A stretch of 64,000 nucleotides of DNA from Vicugna vicugna (Eukaryota). The stretch is from contig MU061538.1 in the NCBI GenBank assembly GCA_013265495.1, positions 1,693,339 to 1,757,338 on the forward strand, given 5' to 3'. The notes beneath the pieces were generated by a model. The model was not told the DNA's origin, made no database searches, and saw nothing but the letters and a program-made list of their open reading frames with translations. Shown here in pieces: positions 1 through 11,320 of this stretch (positions are counted from its first letter, which is position 1; each line of letters opens with the position of its first letter). A program made the position numbers and the translations under genes.

Positions 1-141
1 GCACACCCTTTGTCTAAATACCACACGGGTCCAAAGCTAAAAGGCAGGAAATGCCAAGGAGGGCGAATTCTCGGCAAGTCAGAGCCACTAAAAGGAAAAC
101 CAGGACAGCGCAATGCGGAGTTAAGGTGCTGTCCGCCCTAC

Positions 142-358
142 CTGTGATATCATGGATTTCCTCAGTTTGAGTAAGTTACCAAAAATATCACCGCCAGGTG
201 CGCTTGGGTGCTGGAGAGCGCTGGCTTGTGAAAGATGAGGGGAAGTCCACGCTTTCTCCATGGGTAAGTCCTGAAGCCTTCTTTGGAAAATAGTGTTGCA
301 GATGATCTGAGGAGTAGGATCTGATTCCTTCCATATTTTAAGAACAATTTCCAGGTGA
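142..358 (-). other. Candidate internal exon of an unidentified minus-strand transcript (possibly coding)
   Basis: Minus strand reads TTCACCTTCTTTTATTTACATAAAG|TCACCTG...ATATCACAG|GTAGGG. The 217 nt contain one stop-free frame: HLEIVLKIWKESDPTPQIICNTIFQRRLQDLPMEKAWTSPHLSQASALQHPSAPGGDIFGNLLKLRKSMISQ. Protein not recognised. Confidence 0.35.
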
Positions 359-569
359 CTTTATGTAAATAAAAGAAGGTGAAGCTGCTCTTGTGAAGGA
401 AGAGCCAACATCACCAAAGAGCAGGTGTGACCTTAGTCACCCCACCAGGCCAGCTGGTTTTCTGAGGAGGCAAGGAAAACAAAACAAACCAAACAGACCC
501 ACTGCTACCCCTGGAATTTGCCAGGAACTAGAAGCTAGACTGTTCTTAAGAAAAAGCGAGTCCCACGGT

Positions 570-680
570 ACCTGCACATTCACGAGACACCTACTGTGTG
601 CTCGGAACGGTGCCAAGTGCTGGGCACCACAGCGCGCCCCCAAGCCCTGCCCCTGCCCTCCCAGTGCTGACCCACAGCTC
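570..680 (-). mobile_element. L2 3'-end fragment (old, degenerate)
   Basis: CATTCACGAGACACCTACTGTGTGCTCGGAACGGTGCCAAGTGCTGGG resembles the reverse complement of the L2 3' terminus. Confidence 0.5.
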
Positions 681-819
681 AGCCTCGGGGGCGCAGCCCG
701 CAGGAGGGCTCGTGAGGGCTCCGGCCTCTGTGACGGAAGTTCCAAGAGCTTCCGTGGCTTCCTCGAGGTCATAAAAGTACCACCAGCTCCATAACAGAAC
801 AGTGACATCCTTCTAAACG

Positions 820-925
820 TCAGCTTTGGGATGAAGGATGTCTGCTTTCACCCACTGCGTCTCGGAATGGGGGGGCGTCTGGCACCCAGTGGGGTCTTAG
901 CAAATATATGCTGAGTGAATAAGTA
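820..925 (+). mobile_element. L2 3'-end fragment
   Basis: TCTGGCACCCAGTGGGGTCTTAGCAAATATATGCTGAGTGAATAAGT resembles the L2 terminus CCTGGCACATAGTAGGTGCTCAATAAATATTTGTTGAATGAA. Confidence 0.5.
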
Positions 926-1191
926 TGTTGCCTTGCAAATGACCAGGCTACCTGGGAATATTTTGGACGACGGGTTATGTTTTTAAAAGGAAAATATCTA
1001 AAACACTTCTGGGCTAAAAGTAGGAAAGGGAGGGAGGCAGCCCAGCAGCCCCTGGGGTCCGCGTGCTCACAGCCACCCGCACGTCAGCGCGGATGCAAAC
1101 TGCACCGGGACGCCGAGCCTGCTCTCAGGGGGGAGTTTCTCCTTGTGGAAGAACCCATGCTACTGTCAGATTTAACCGTTAATTTTTGTAA

Positions 1192-1330
1192 GTTTTTTTT
1201 ATTTTGGGGGTTTTTGAGGGGGTAGTAATTAGGTCCATTTATTTATTTTAAATAGAGGTGCTGGGGATTGAACCCAGGACTTCGTGCACTCTAAGCATGC
1301 GCTCTACCCCTGAGCTGTGCTCTCAGCCCC
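1192..1330 (-). mobile_element. tRNA-Ala-derived SINE (camelid vic-1 type)
   Basis: Minus strand: GGGGCTGAGAGCACAGCTCAGGGGTAGAGCGCATGCTTAGAGTGCACGAAGTCCTGGGTTCAATCCCCAGCACCTCT, followed by AAATAAAT...CTAATTAC and an A-rich tail. Homologous to the copies at 21610 and 31120. Confidence 0.9.
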
Positions 1331-2115
1331 TTCGTTTAGGTATTTTAATTCTATGTGTTAACCCCTGAAACAGCCACTCCAGCTGTCCTCACCACCACCA
1401 CTCGACAAATCGACGGCTCCGTGGCAGTGGCCTGATGGAGCAGCATTCATGAGCCCTGGCAGAGCTGCGATCACTTAACTGGGGCAGTTCAGCCAACCTT
1501 GCTCTCATTACTAAAGAGATGAGTGAACATTTATTTTTTTCCAGTGCAAATAACGAAGAAAAGGTAATATGCATCTGCCAGAGTATTTGCAGCGAAAAGC
1601 CCACTTCCTGTCATGTTCGCTGCTGCATTGCATTTGTCGTCTGCAGAGATAATGAAGTATCCTTGACATGGATTTGAGAGGATTTAGTAACTCCAGTCCC
1701 CACAACCAGGCGCTACCACCGAATCACAGAGCTTGTCTAGAAATTGGAGTGGGGGCTGATCTTAGCAAAGCTTCTCATTTGTAGGGGAGAAGAGCGAGAC
1801 GGAAATGACGGAAGAGGCTTGGGCGCGTCTCCCCAAAGCCCAGAGCACGCCCCAGCCTGGCGGCTAGCTCCCCCAGAACTGTGCAAGGCAGCGCACCTGC
1901 AGCTTGAGGACGGCTCAGGCCCCAATCCTCCAGGTCAAAGGAGCCCAGTTCAGGACCTTGTCCTGAAGCTGGAATTTCCAGGTCAAAAGCTAGGCACATT
2001 TTTAAATAAATATTTTTAAATCATTTAAAATAAATTCCTATTTTTTAAGTAAAAATCTTAAAGCGCACTGTGCTTTAAGGGCGGGGAAGCGCCATTCCCA
2101 GGCCGCCTTTCTCAG

Positions 2116-2130
2116 AGCGCAGGGGGCGCA
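2116..2130 (+). promoter_or_regulatory. CTCF-like motif
   Basis: AGCGCAGGGGGCGCA matches most of the CCASYAGRKGGCRS core; motif match only. Confidence 0.3.
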
Positions 2131-2709
2131 CCGAGCATCTTTTTGGAGAAGTCGTCTACAAACTAAAGCTGCCTGTTCTTGACAACTTTTACCAGGACCT
2201 TGGAGGGATATATGCTTTGTCTCCTGTAAGGCAGGCCTTTCATGTACCCTGCAGCTTCTGTCGCTCAGATGTCTTCTCGTCTGAGACCGCCAAGCTTGGG
2301 GCAGACATATCTGCGCCCTCACCTCCTGCACATTCCAGGTACCCGAAGTCTCACCCATGACGCCCTGCTGGCTCCACGCAGGCTCCCTCTGCTGCAACCT
2401 TCCCGGAGTGAGGGAGCCCGGCGGCAGCCACACTCATCCTTCAGGCCTTGTGTTCTAGCATCTGGTTCACAAATCCCTCTCTATAGGGATCACAAAGGGG
2501 TCGAGGGTTTTTTCCCCAAGTTCCATGGTTTTGCTTTTCACAGCCTTAAATGTCCTGGAAGTTTTTATATCCAAAGAGGGGAAGGCGTCTAACTTTCTTT
2601 CTGTACGGGAGGTCCGCTGTCCCGAGTCCGCGTGCTGGCTGCTCCGTCTTCTTCTCCTTGCTCCCAGGAATGTTTCAGGTTACTCTTTCACATAAGAATT
2701 TATTCTTTT

Positions 2710-3480
2710 ACTGTATGTTATTGGATGCCTCTCGTGTGCCAGGCACTGTTCTCAATGTGGGCGATAAGACAATGAACGAGATGGACAGACCGACAGCAGC
2801 CTTGCTCTCCTGCAGCGCAGGTGGTAACGGACGCAGAGCATCCTCCAGGCAGAGAAGACAGCAAGCGCAGCACCGCGAGCGGAAGCAGCGCGGCGTGTTC
2901 GGGGCGAACACAAGAACACGCCTGTTCTTACCCACTATTGACTGTCACTGTGCACACCCACTCAGTGTGTCCCAGCAAAGCCAGTCAAGCCGGAAAATGG
3001 TAGGAGACAAGGTGAGAAAGGCAGGGCCTCTAGACCCAGACAAAAATGTTACAGAGGTGGTGGGAAACCACCAGGGGTGGAAGCAGGGACGCCAACAGGG
3101 GCGCTACTAACACAGCTGAGGCAGCGGGAGGGGCGATGGACTCCAGACCCCTGGAAGGTCAAGGGGACGAGCCTGTGTGGTCGGGAGGGAAAGAGAAGGC
3201 TTTTTATTGGAGCAATTGTGTAAATGCGACGGCATGTTTTCGAAACGGGTGTCCTAGGCGAGGGGCACATCTGAAGCAGGAGAGGAGAGTGGGGACCAGC
3301 GTCGTGTTTCTAAAACACTAAGTTTGAAGCTCTTGTTGGGCTTGGAGCCGTCTGGTGGGCGGACCAGACGTGCCAGGGGCATCGGAAGGCAGTCGTGTCT
3401 GTTCACAGAAATGTGGTGCCGTTAGCATGTAGGTGGTTTATAAGCCGAGGACTGATGAGGTCTCTGAGCTCGCGGTGCAG
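2710..3480 (-). mobile_element. L2 fragments (3' end plus internal pieces)
   Basis: TTATTGGATGCCTCTCGTGTGCCAGGCACTGTTCTCAATGTGGGCGATAAGACAATGAAC at about 2719-2778, and GTTAGCATGTAGGTGGTTATAAGCCGAGGACTGATGAGGTC at about 3421-3461, are typical antisense L2 segments. Confidence 0.55.
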
Positions 3481-3544
3481 TCAGGGAAGCTAAAAGAAAG
3501 AGCAGTGCTAGACGCGTGACGAGGCTGCAGCGGGCGAGTCGGTG

Positions 3545-4355
3545 ATGCCTGTCTGGACTCAGTTCTGCTCTATCTAGTGTTCATCTGTGTGCCAAAAGCA
3601 CAGGGTTTTAATTACTATAATTTTATAAGTCTTGATTTCTGTAGGGTTTGCCCACCTGTGATGTTTGTGTGCTGATGAGAAAATCCAATCAAAAGAGAGA
3701 CTTTGATAATGAAGGGGAAAGGGAATCACTGCAGGAATGATTCAGGAGTCCATGAGCAGATGAGAAGGGAAGTGAACCGTTGCCTTCGCCGTAAAGACTG
3801 ACTCTAGATAGAGGAGGTGTTTATCCTTTCTAACAGATGAAAGAGAAGAATATTTGAGGACAGATTTCTGTTATACTCCATTCATCTATTTTGATAAAGG
3901 TTATCTTGAATTTACAAGTTAGTTCCAAATAAAGTAACATCATTTGTCCATTGAGTCATAGTTTATATCCATGAGCCAAGTACACCTCTAATTTCATTGT
4001 CTTACCTTATTGCATTGGCTAGGACAGCCAGAGACTTTTACTGAATTTTACTGGGGATGTTTTGTGGCAATATGCTCTGTAATTATAACCCTTGTTATCG
4101 CTTTCAGATTAAGGAAGCTCCTTCTTGATTTGTGGAACATTTTTTAACATGAGTTATGATTGAACTGTAATTAATGCTTTATTTCACTTAGTGACATGGT
4201 CATATTGTCTTTGTTACTCTGTAATTATGTCACAGGGACAGACTTTCTGACACTGAACCATGCTTGTCTACTTTTTATTGCAGTGTTATTATTTTATATA
4301 AACATTTTATACTGGATTTTTGCATCAATGTTCATAAATGAAATTGAAATTTTGA
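3545..4355 (-). mobile_element. Old L1 (L1ME-like) ORF2 fragments interleaved with an L2 piece
   Basis: AT-rich block with antisense L1 ORF2 phrases: TCTGGACTC...TTTTAATTACTATAATTTTATAAGTCTTGAT; CTTATTGCATTGGCTAGGAC; TTTTGCATCAATGTTCATAAATGAAATTG. Confidence 0.55.
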
Positions 4356-5339
4356 TTTTCAGATTCATTCAACCTCCACGTAGGCTCTCAGCCCTGCTTT
4401 AAGTTTTAGGATTCCCATAAACCCTGGTTTGCAGACCTGAGCTTGGAGAAGAAAGGAGGAAGAGATGAAACTGTTGAGAACAGACTTCTGGACACCTGTC
4501 TGGGGCATGTCCTACCTCGCTTTGTCACCCTCCTGCTCACCAGAGTCGCCCTGGTCCCTGTTTGTGCCCAGCACTCTGGCCTCTGGTGCTGGCCTGGTCC
4601 TCCTGCCTTTGAATTCTCAGCCCTGGCTCCTGGGGACGGTCCTTTCCTGCTGTGACCCAACAGTTCACATCACAAAACCTTTGCTTCTGAGGAACTTTTC
4701 ACATCCTCTAGGATTTTCTAGAGAAACTCGTTCTGAGTAATTCTCTCCAGGGCATGTGTGCTCCAGGGTGGTTTCAATGAATGTTTTTCCAACTTCTATA
4801 ACCGCTTATCTAGGAAACTAGAAATAAGCACAACAGCTCTCCCACCCACTTCCCTGCCCTTGACCCCCTTTTCCTGGGGGTCATCCCGCCTGTCAGCTTC
4901 TGGCTGGTCACCCATCAGTTCTAGCCTAGCTTCTGCTGCTCTGTGCTGAGCGTTCAGAGCCGGCCTCCCATTGTCCCTGGGCTTAAAATATCCTTGTCTT
5001 TATGCCTTCTTAAAATTCAGTCCAAATGAAATTCCAAAAGCCAAGACAAATGGAAATCCAGCGGTTCGGCCTGACCACATGCGGGAGCAAACACACCCGG
5101 CACCGGATCCGTCCACTTAACAGTAGTCTCTCGACAGCAGAAACGCAGGCCCTAGGAGACCAGGCAGTTAGCAGCATTCATACCTGTTTTCGGACCTTCT
5201 CTGCACCCCCCCGCCACACCGCCTGGGCCGGCAGGGTTTCAGTCAATCAGCTGACCGTCTAGCTGACCTTCACACGGCAGCCTGGGCAGATGCGGGGACG
5301 GAGCGGACATCTGTTATATCCCAGGAACTACACTCGGCA

Positions 5340-5475
5340 TAACAGTTATGGTCCTTTTGCTAACCGCATTGAGTAAGTAAGGGAAAGGGGTCTTTCAGGA
5401 GCAGCCGTTCAGCTAGTAAGCGGTGGATCTGGGATTTGAGCCGGAGTCTGAGGGACGCGAAGGCGGGGCTCTCTC
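5340..5475 (-). mobile_element. MIR fragment
   Basis: CAGCTAGTAAGCGGTGGATCTGGGATTTGAGCCGGAGTCTG matches the antisense MIR segment CAGCTAGTAAGTGGCAGAGCTGGGATTTGAACCCAGG. Confidence 0.6.
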
Positions 5476-5839
5476 AGTAGACTAGGTCATGGTCTCTGCC
5501 CTGTGTGGGGACGCCCACCTCGCTGGGAGATGAGGCCAATGCACAGAAGGGCCGCAAAGCTGCCATGGTGTCAGGAAGGTCAAATGGGCGCTTCGCTAGA
5601 GGATTTCAGGGCACCCGGGGAGGACCCCAGCCCCCGGCACCTGAGGAAAGAAAAAGCCTTGTACCTCCCCCACCTCCCCTAGGAGGGGCGGCTAACCCCA
5701 AACTCCGGAAACCCCCCCCCCGCACACACGTGCTCGCACACCTGCATTCGTCCTGAATATTCTGCCCCTGAGGGCCCAGGCCTCCCCGGAGCAGCTGGGG
5801 AGTGGGGAGCACACACTGCAGACAGGAGGGCCCCTCGGT

Positions 5840-6560
5840 CAGAAGCCGCGGCAAGGAGGTCCGGGGCCGCCAGTCGAGACTGAGTGCCCTCCCAGCCTGG
5901 CCAGGTGCTTGCCACGCTGAGGACAGACTCAGCCTTTGCAAAGCCTGCAGGCGGGTGGGCCGGGCTGTGTCTCCTTTCCAGGGCAAGCTTTCATTGGAGC
6001 GGAATTTAAGAAACCGCTCCAGATAGAGGCAGCCGGGGGAGTAACCCCCTTCGTCTCTCCCGCCGGGATGCCCTTCAGGGTGAGGCCAGCTCCCCACGCT
6101 CAGACAGTGGCCGCCGGAGCCCCGGGTCGGTGCACGTCCCGCACAGCTGTCCCCGGCCGAGCGCGAGGGCGAGGTGAGCGCAGACGCCCGCCAGCACGCC
6201 CTGCCTGGCTGGCACGGGACCCAAGGCCGTCCTCCAAGCAGACGGACAGACGGGTCAGACTAACAAGACCTGCCTGCGCGGTGCCCAGCAGACTCTCCTG
6301 CGGACCGGCGAGTCCGAATGTGGAAGGAGGGCCGGGTGATGTCGGAAGGGAGAGAGGAGGGGCCCGGCGGCGGTGTCAGGCGGCCCGCACCCCCGCGGCC
6401 CCGTCCGCGGCAGGGCGGACCCCGAGCGGCTCACAGCCCCAGTCTGCTCGCCCGTGGCGCGGGGCCGTGAGCCGTTCCTGCGTCTCGGGGGCTTTACGAC
6501 AATCAAACGCAGTGACGTGTGTAAATGTGCCGCACGGCGGTCGGCAAGGAGCAGGTGCCC
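5840..6560. promoter_or_regulatory. CpG island; candidate promoter with a plus-strand splice donor at 6173/6174
   Basis: Dense CpG and very high GC (e.g. GGCCCGGCGGCGG, CCCCGCGGCCCCGTCCGCGG). Consensus-like donor GAG|GTGAGC. Confidence 0.65.
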
Positions 6561-6864
6561 CCTCCCTGCAGGCTACTGTACGTATTTAATACCGCCCAGC
6601 TCTAGCCCCTGCCCATCTGCCCAGCTCATCATCTCTGTTCTAGGAATGGGTACAGGTGGAAGGATTGTTTTGTTTCCTTCCAGAGATGAACACAGTTGAG
6701 TTCTAACAGAAGCACAGCAAGAAATCAGTGTGAGCTGGACAATGCGGGGGCGAGGGGCCGCACAGAGGCCCGTGGGCGGCAGGAGGAGCGCGCCCCCCGC
6801 AACTGCTCTTTCCGTTACTCAAACACACTTTGCATATTTGTTTAGAACGAAATCTTCCCAGTGG

Positions 6865-7050
6865 TTGATGTAGCCATTTAACATCCAGGATAGCGAGTAA
6901 TTTCAGAGAAACAAACAAATATTTTTAGTATAAGTGTGTCCCGTGCAATATTTGGGATATTCTTATACTGGAAAAAAAAATCATTTGTATCTGAAACTTG
7001 AATTTAACTGAGTACCCAGGATTTTTATTTGCTAAAAACAGCAGTCTTGC
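6865..7050. mobile_element. MER53 palindromic hAT MITE
   Basis: AATTTCAGAGAAAC...TTTTTAGTATAAGTGTGTCCCGTGCAATATTTGGGATATTCTTATACTG...TATCTGAAACTTGAATTTAACTGAG...ATTTTTATTTGCTAAA. The arms are self-complementary around about 6947, as in MER53. Confidence 0.85.
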
Positions 7051-7819
7051 CCGTGGTGGACATTGGCTCACGGGGTCAGCGGCAGAAATGCACCACACAA
7101 AGCGGGGCCTGGAGGAAACCGGTGCTCAGCAACCAGCGGGACTTTCAGTGGAGACGATGATGGAGATTTATTCTGATCCTCAGAACTCAGCGTGTATGAA
7201 GGAGACACCGCGCTTCCTGCGTGTCTCCTGGACGGTGCTGACGCGGCGCGCGGTGTGTGTCCACCCCAAACACTGGAGGCCCGGGAGAGCCCTGTGACCA
7301 CGCAGAAATTTTGCAAAAGGTCCGCCCTGGAAATACCTGCCTGGCAACGGTTAGATCAGGTGTCAGTGGTGCTTTCTTAGGCAGGTACAATTGCGAGTCC
7401 TTTGTCTTCTTCTTGTGACTCTGAATTTTCCGATTTCAGTGTATTTAAAAAGGAAAACACTTCAATCAGCGCCCCTGCCTCGGCCCTGCAATTCCAGTTT
7501 GGAACCGTGAGATCAGGTGGTCCTGCGCTCAGCCCACCCTGACCTCCGCCACCTCCACTGCCCTCTCTCCTCATCCAATATTGTTGAAACCATCTGCTCC
7601 TCCAGCAGGTCCCCACGCCTGTCACGTCTGCGTTTCTCATAGTCCCTAGCATGCTGCTTCCCAGAAGGCAAAAATTACAAAAGTATGAGTTCTCAAATCA
7701 TTTTGTGGAAAAATAAATGTGTGAGCCCACAGGTGACAGTCACTGAGCTGGATGCATTCATGTGATTTGCCTCATTGACCCTTCAACTTACAGATGATCA
7801 CTTTTACACCAATTAACAT

Positions 7820-8380
7820 TATGCTTCTTGAAGGTAAAGACCAAATCTCATTTTGTCCGCTCAGTCATTTCATCACTCATTCATGGAAAAAGTGGTCACT
7901 GAGCACGTACTTCAGGCCACTGAGCCCTGGAGATGGAGGAAAATGGGACACAGCCAACATGATGCCTACTCTCAGGAAGGTCACCAGCAAACAGGGGGAC
8001 ACCTGAGCAGTCAGAGAAGGTCACAGTGCCAGAGTCGTGGGTGTCCAGACCCCTAGACTCTTGAGCACTCAGGAGGCAGCCTTGGCCGTCACTCCTTCAT
8101 CTCTTCCTCCACTTCGTCTGCATTTACGAAGCACGTATGGCAGCTAGGCACTGCTCTGGGTACTTTACATAAGATGGCCAGGTGACAGCTGAACTGGGAG
8201 GTGACTTGAGCAAAGGTGGTGGGTGGCCCATGAGCAGAGACTTGGAGGGTGAAATGAGGTCCGTTCAGGGACGAGCTGGAGGAAGAGGGTTCTAGACGGA
8301 GGGACGAGCATGTGCAAAGGCCCCGGGGCAGGATTTGGGATTGGCTCGTGGAACAGAAAGAGGATCAGGAGACCTGCACC
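7820..8380 (-). mobile_element. L2 fragments
   Basis: GAGCAGAGACTTGGAGG...GGAAGAGGGTTCTAGACGGAGGGACGAGCATGTGCAAAGGCCCCGGGGCAGGA is typical of antisense L2. Confidence 0.55.
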
Positions 8381-8807
8381 CTGGCCCTTGGTCGTGAGGA
8401 GATCCCGCGGAGGACAGCAGCAGGGAAGTGCCCGCCAGTCGAGTTGACTCTGATGAAAGGAGTGCCTTCATCCTGAGGTTGGGCTCCTAGGTGCTAAAAT
8501 GCTCTGTCATTCATAAAAGATGGTGTCAATAATAGCAGGGCTCTTTAAAGTCCCTGACAGTAAATAAATAAGGAGAGAGAGGGGGAGAGGGAGACAGGGA
8601 CAGGGACAGAAACACAGAGAAAGAAGCCAGCCTAGGCCAGTCCCCGAGTTTAAGTGTTCGTTCGGACTGTTCCAGCATGGAGCAGCCAAGTCTGGGAAGC
8701 ACTGATACAGTCTAACCACTGCCCGTGCAGACGAAGACATCGAAGCCAGAGAGGCTGAGAGACGCCCCCAGGATCACACGAGCGCCCCACGAGGGCACCT
8801 ATTCTTT

Positions 8808-9425
8808 TTCTTTTATTGAAGTAGAGTTGATTTTCAAAGTTGTGTTAGTTTCTGGTGTGCAGCACAGTGATTCAGTTATACACACACACATATATATATT
8901 CTTTTTCATACTTGTTTTCATTATAGGCTGTTACAACTCATTGCATACAGTTCCCTGTGCTGTACAGGGGGTCCTTGTTGTTTCTGTTTTTTAGTAGTTT
9001 GTATCTGCTAGTCCCAAACTCCTTATTCATCCCTCCCCCACCTCTTTTCCCCTTTGGTAATCATAAGTTTGTTTTCTGTATCTCTGAGTTAGTTTCTGTT
9101 TTGTAAATAAGTTCATTTGTGTCATTTTTTAGATTCCACATGTAAGTGGTATCATACGATATTTGTCTTTCTCTGTCTGACTGACTTCACTTAGTATGAT
9201 CATCTCTTGGTCCATCCATGTTTCTGCAAATGGCATTATTCATTCTTTTTTATGGCTCAGTAGTATTCCGGTGTGTGTGTGTGTGTGTGTACACCACAAC
9301 TTCTTTATCCAGGCACCTGTTGATGGACATTTAGGTAGTTTCCATGTCTTGGCTACTGTAGATAGTCTTGCTGTGAACACTGAGACACATGGACTTTTTC
9401 AAATTAGAGTTTTCTCTGGAGGTCT
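8808..9425 (-). mobile_element. 5'-truncated L1 3' end (artiodactyl/laurasiatherian type) with degenerate TSD, next to a MIR remnant
   Basis: TTTTATTGAAGTAGAGTTGATTTTCAAAGTTGTGTTAGTTTCTGGTGTGCAGCACAGTGATTCAG...ACTTAGTATGATCATCTCTTGGTCCATCCATG. Flanked by GGGCACCTATTCTTT (8793-8807) and GGGCACCCAATTCTTT (9426-9441). Confidence 0.9.
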
Positions 9426-11174
9426 GGGCACCCAATTCTTTCCAGTGTTATTTGCCCGCCACTCCCTTGCTGTTACCACTCGAGTCCCTCCTTGACCTGA
9501 AACTCACCAACACAGTGCCCATCTGCTGCTCCCACGTGCTCTGTCCTCAGTCAGAGGACAGCAGACCCCTGAATTCCACCCAGAGGTCGTCCTGGCACCG
9601 GGCGCCCATTCCTTCCTGACTGCACATGCCTTCTTTCAGCCTGCTTAAGGGGAAGGTGAAATTATAGGTAACTGCCTTATTAATGTTATCGAAGGTAACT
9701 ATAGTAATTTTAAAATCCAAGAAGTCAAATTTCCACCAATTAATTAGGTAATTTGTTTCTTCAGGAGCCCCCACCATGAATTATCCATTAAGTAGAGTTC
9801 TGATGCACTTAATATTCTCCTGCTCCATCAAGCTGAACTGGTAAATTAGTGATAATTACACATAAACACACTACAGTTCCGTAGCACTATTATTCCCAGG
9901 GTCTGACATCATTTACAGAACTCCACTGAGGTTAGCTCAGTCACAAGAGACTCTCATTTTCCTGATGGTGAAGCTGAGATACACAAACAAGAATTATCTG
10001 AGTGAGAAACATGCCTTTGGACTACTAATGGTCCCAAATATTTTGTTTATGTATAAAAAAAACTGGATGTGTGCCTGCTATGCGTTGAAATGAGAGTGGC
10101 CAGAGAAAAGGGCGTGGTCTTTGTCTTTCAAAGCCCAGGGACTTTGTTTCCAATGACCGTTCATCCTTACTTATTTAGTTTACAGAGGAGGAGCCTGCTC
10201 AGATAGAAATACCTTTGGGAATATCTTGGCTGGATACCAATGACCTTTCTCAACTTCTATGACATGATCATTCACCAAGAGCCATTTTCAGATGTGGTAG
10301 GAAATTCAGGAATATTACAGAGAATGAAGGTCTCTGTAATAATTTTTTAAAGCAAGCTGGAATATTTCATGAAACAAATCTTTATTTTGCATCTTATTCC
10401 ATCTGTTGAAATTGTCAGAAAATGTTATATTCTTTCAGAAAAAGACGCATTCTAAATGATTCAATGTGATTTTTTTCTAATTAATTTAAATTTTAGGATC
10501 ATTCTCCTCTCAGAGACTGCCTTGGATTTGGAGGCAGTCAGGTCAGCCTTGACAGTCACCGTTCCACGGCTGGTGTGACCTCCTGCGAACTGTAATATTC
10601 CAGACTCTGATATTCAACCTGTGAAGTGGGGACAGCAGCAGCTACCTGACAGGGGTGTCATAAAAGATAAAGGTGATGAATAGAACACACATAAACCCTC
10701 AGGAAGTGATGCCCAAACCTTCCCAATTAAATTGATCTCCAAAAAGAGCCCAGAAATTGGCTCTGATGCCCTTGGGCACCTTCTTGCTCCATGACTCTGC
10801 CTTCAATGGCCACAAATACGGGTAACAAAAGTGTTCGTATGGGATCTAAAACAAATGGGTTCCTACTCCATGCCCTGATTGGGGTGTGTGTACACTTATA
10901 CACACGTATTTTAAACACTCACACACACATATGTTTAACAACATCCCCTTGGAAGCATCCACCGCCGTTTTCTTCTGGACCTCAAACTGAAGCTGTTGAG
11001 GAATCAGCAGCCGGGGTTGTTCTATGATACATAATTTTATTTTCATGGGACCCTGGAAATGATTCTTTAAGCTTCAGTCCTCACTTAATCAGAACACACT
11101 CTCTCCAGGTGGGGTGGGCGGGGAGCCTCTTTCTGCTGGTGGGAGAGTGGAGTGTGGGATGGGATATTCAGCTT

Positions 11175-11320
11175 GCCACTTAATCGCTGCAGGTTGTGGT
11201 TTTTTAATCCATTAAATAGAGAAATTCATGAAACTCTTGCAAAGGATTAATGAGATAATATTTGTAAAGTGATTGGAGATAATCTGATGAAAAGCACATA
11301 TAAACACGGAGCGTTATTGC
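11175..11320 (+). mobile_element. Ancient CORE-SINE (MIR-like, amniote-type tail) remnant
   Basis: GGATTAATGAGATAATATTTGTAAAGTGATTGGAGATAATCTGATGAAAAGCACATATAAA has the MIR core followed by a tail like the ancient amniote MIR (GTAAAGCGCTTTGAGATCC..GATGAAAGGCGCTATA). Confidence 0.45.

Noticed and set aside
1545..1563. Possible plus-strand 19-nt microexon (TTTTTTTCCAG|TGCAAATAACGAAGAAAAG|GTAATA)
   Set aside because: The splice signals are good, but the length is not a multiple of 3 and there is no supporting plus-strand gene context; such matches occur by chance.
2193..2223. Possible 31-nt minus-strand exon (TTACAG|GAGAC...CCTG|GTAAAA)
   Set aside because: Poor polypyrimidine tract and weak donor. 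Frame compatibility with the 142-358 exon is not evidence, because all three frames are open.
5936..6589. 217-aa ORF, and similar 150-290 aa Pro/Gly/Arg/Ala-rich ORFs (e.g. 15932, 18317, 25280, 25308, 42168, 44202)
   Set aside because: They overlap on both strands, often start at non-ATG codons and contain no recognisable domain. Long ORFs are expected by chance in stop-poor GC-rich DNA.
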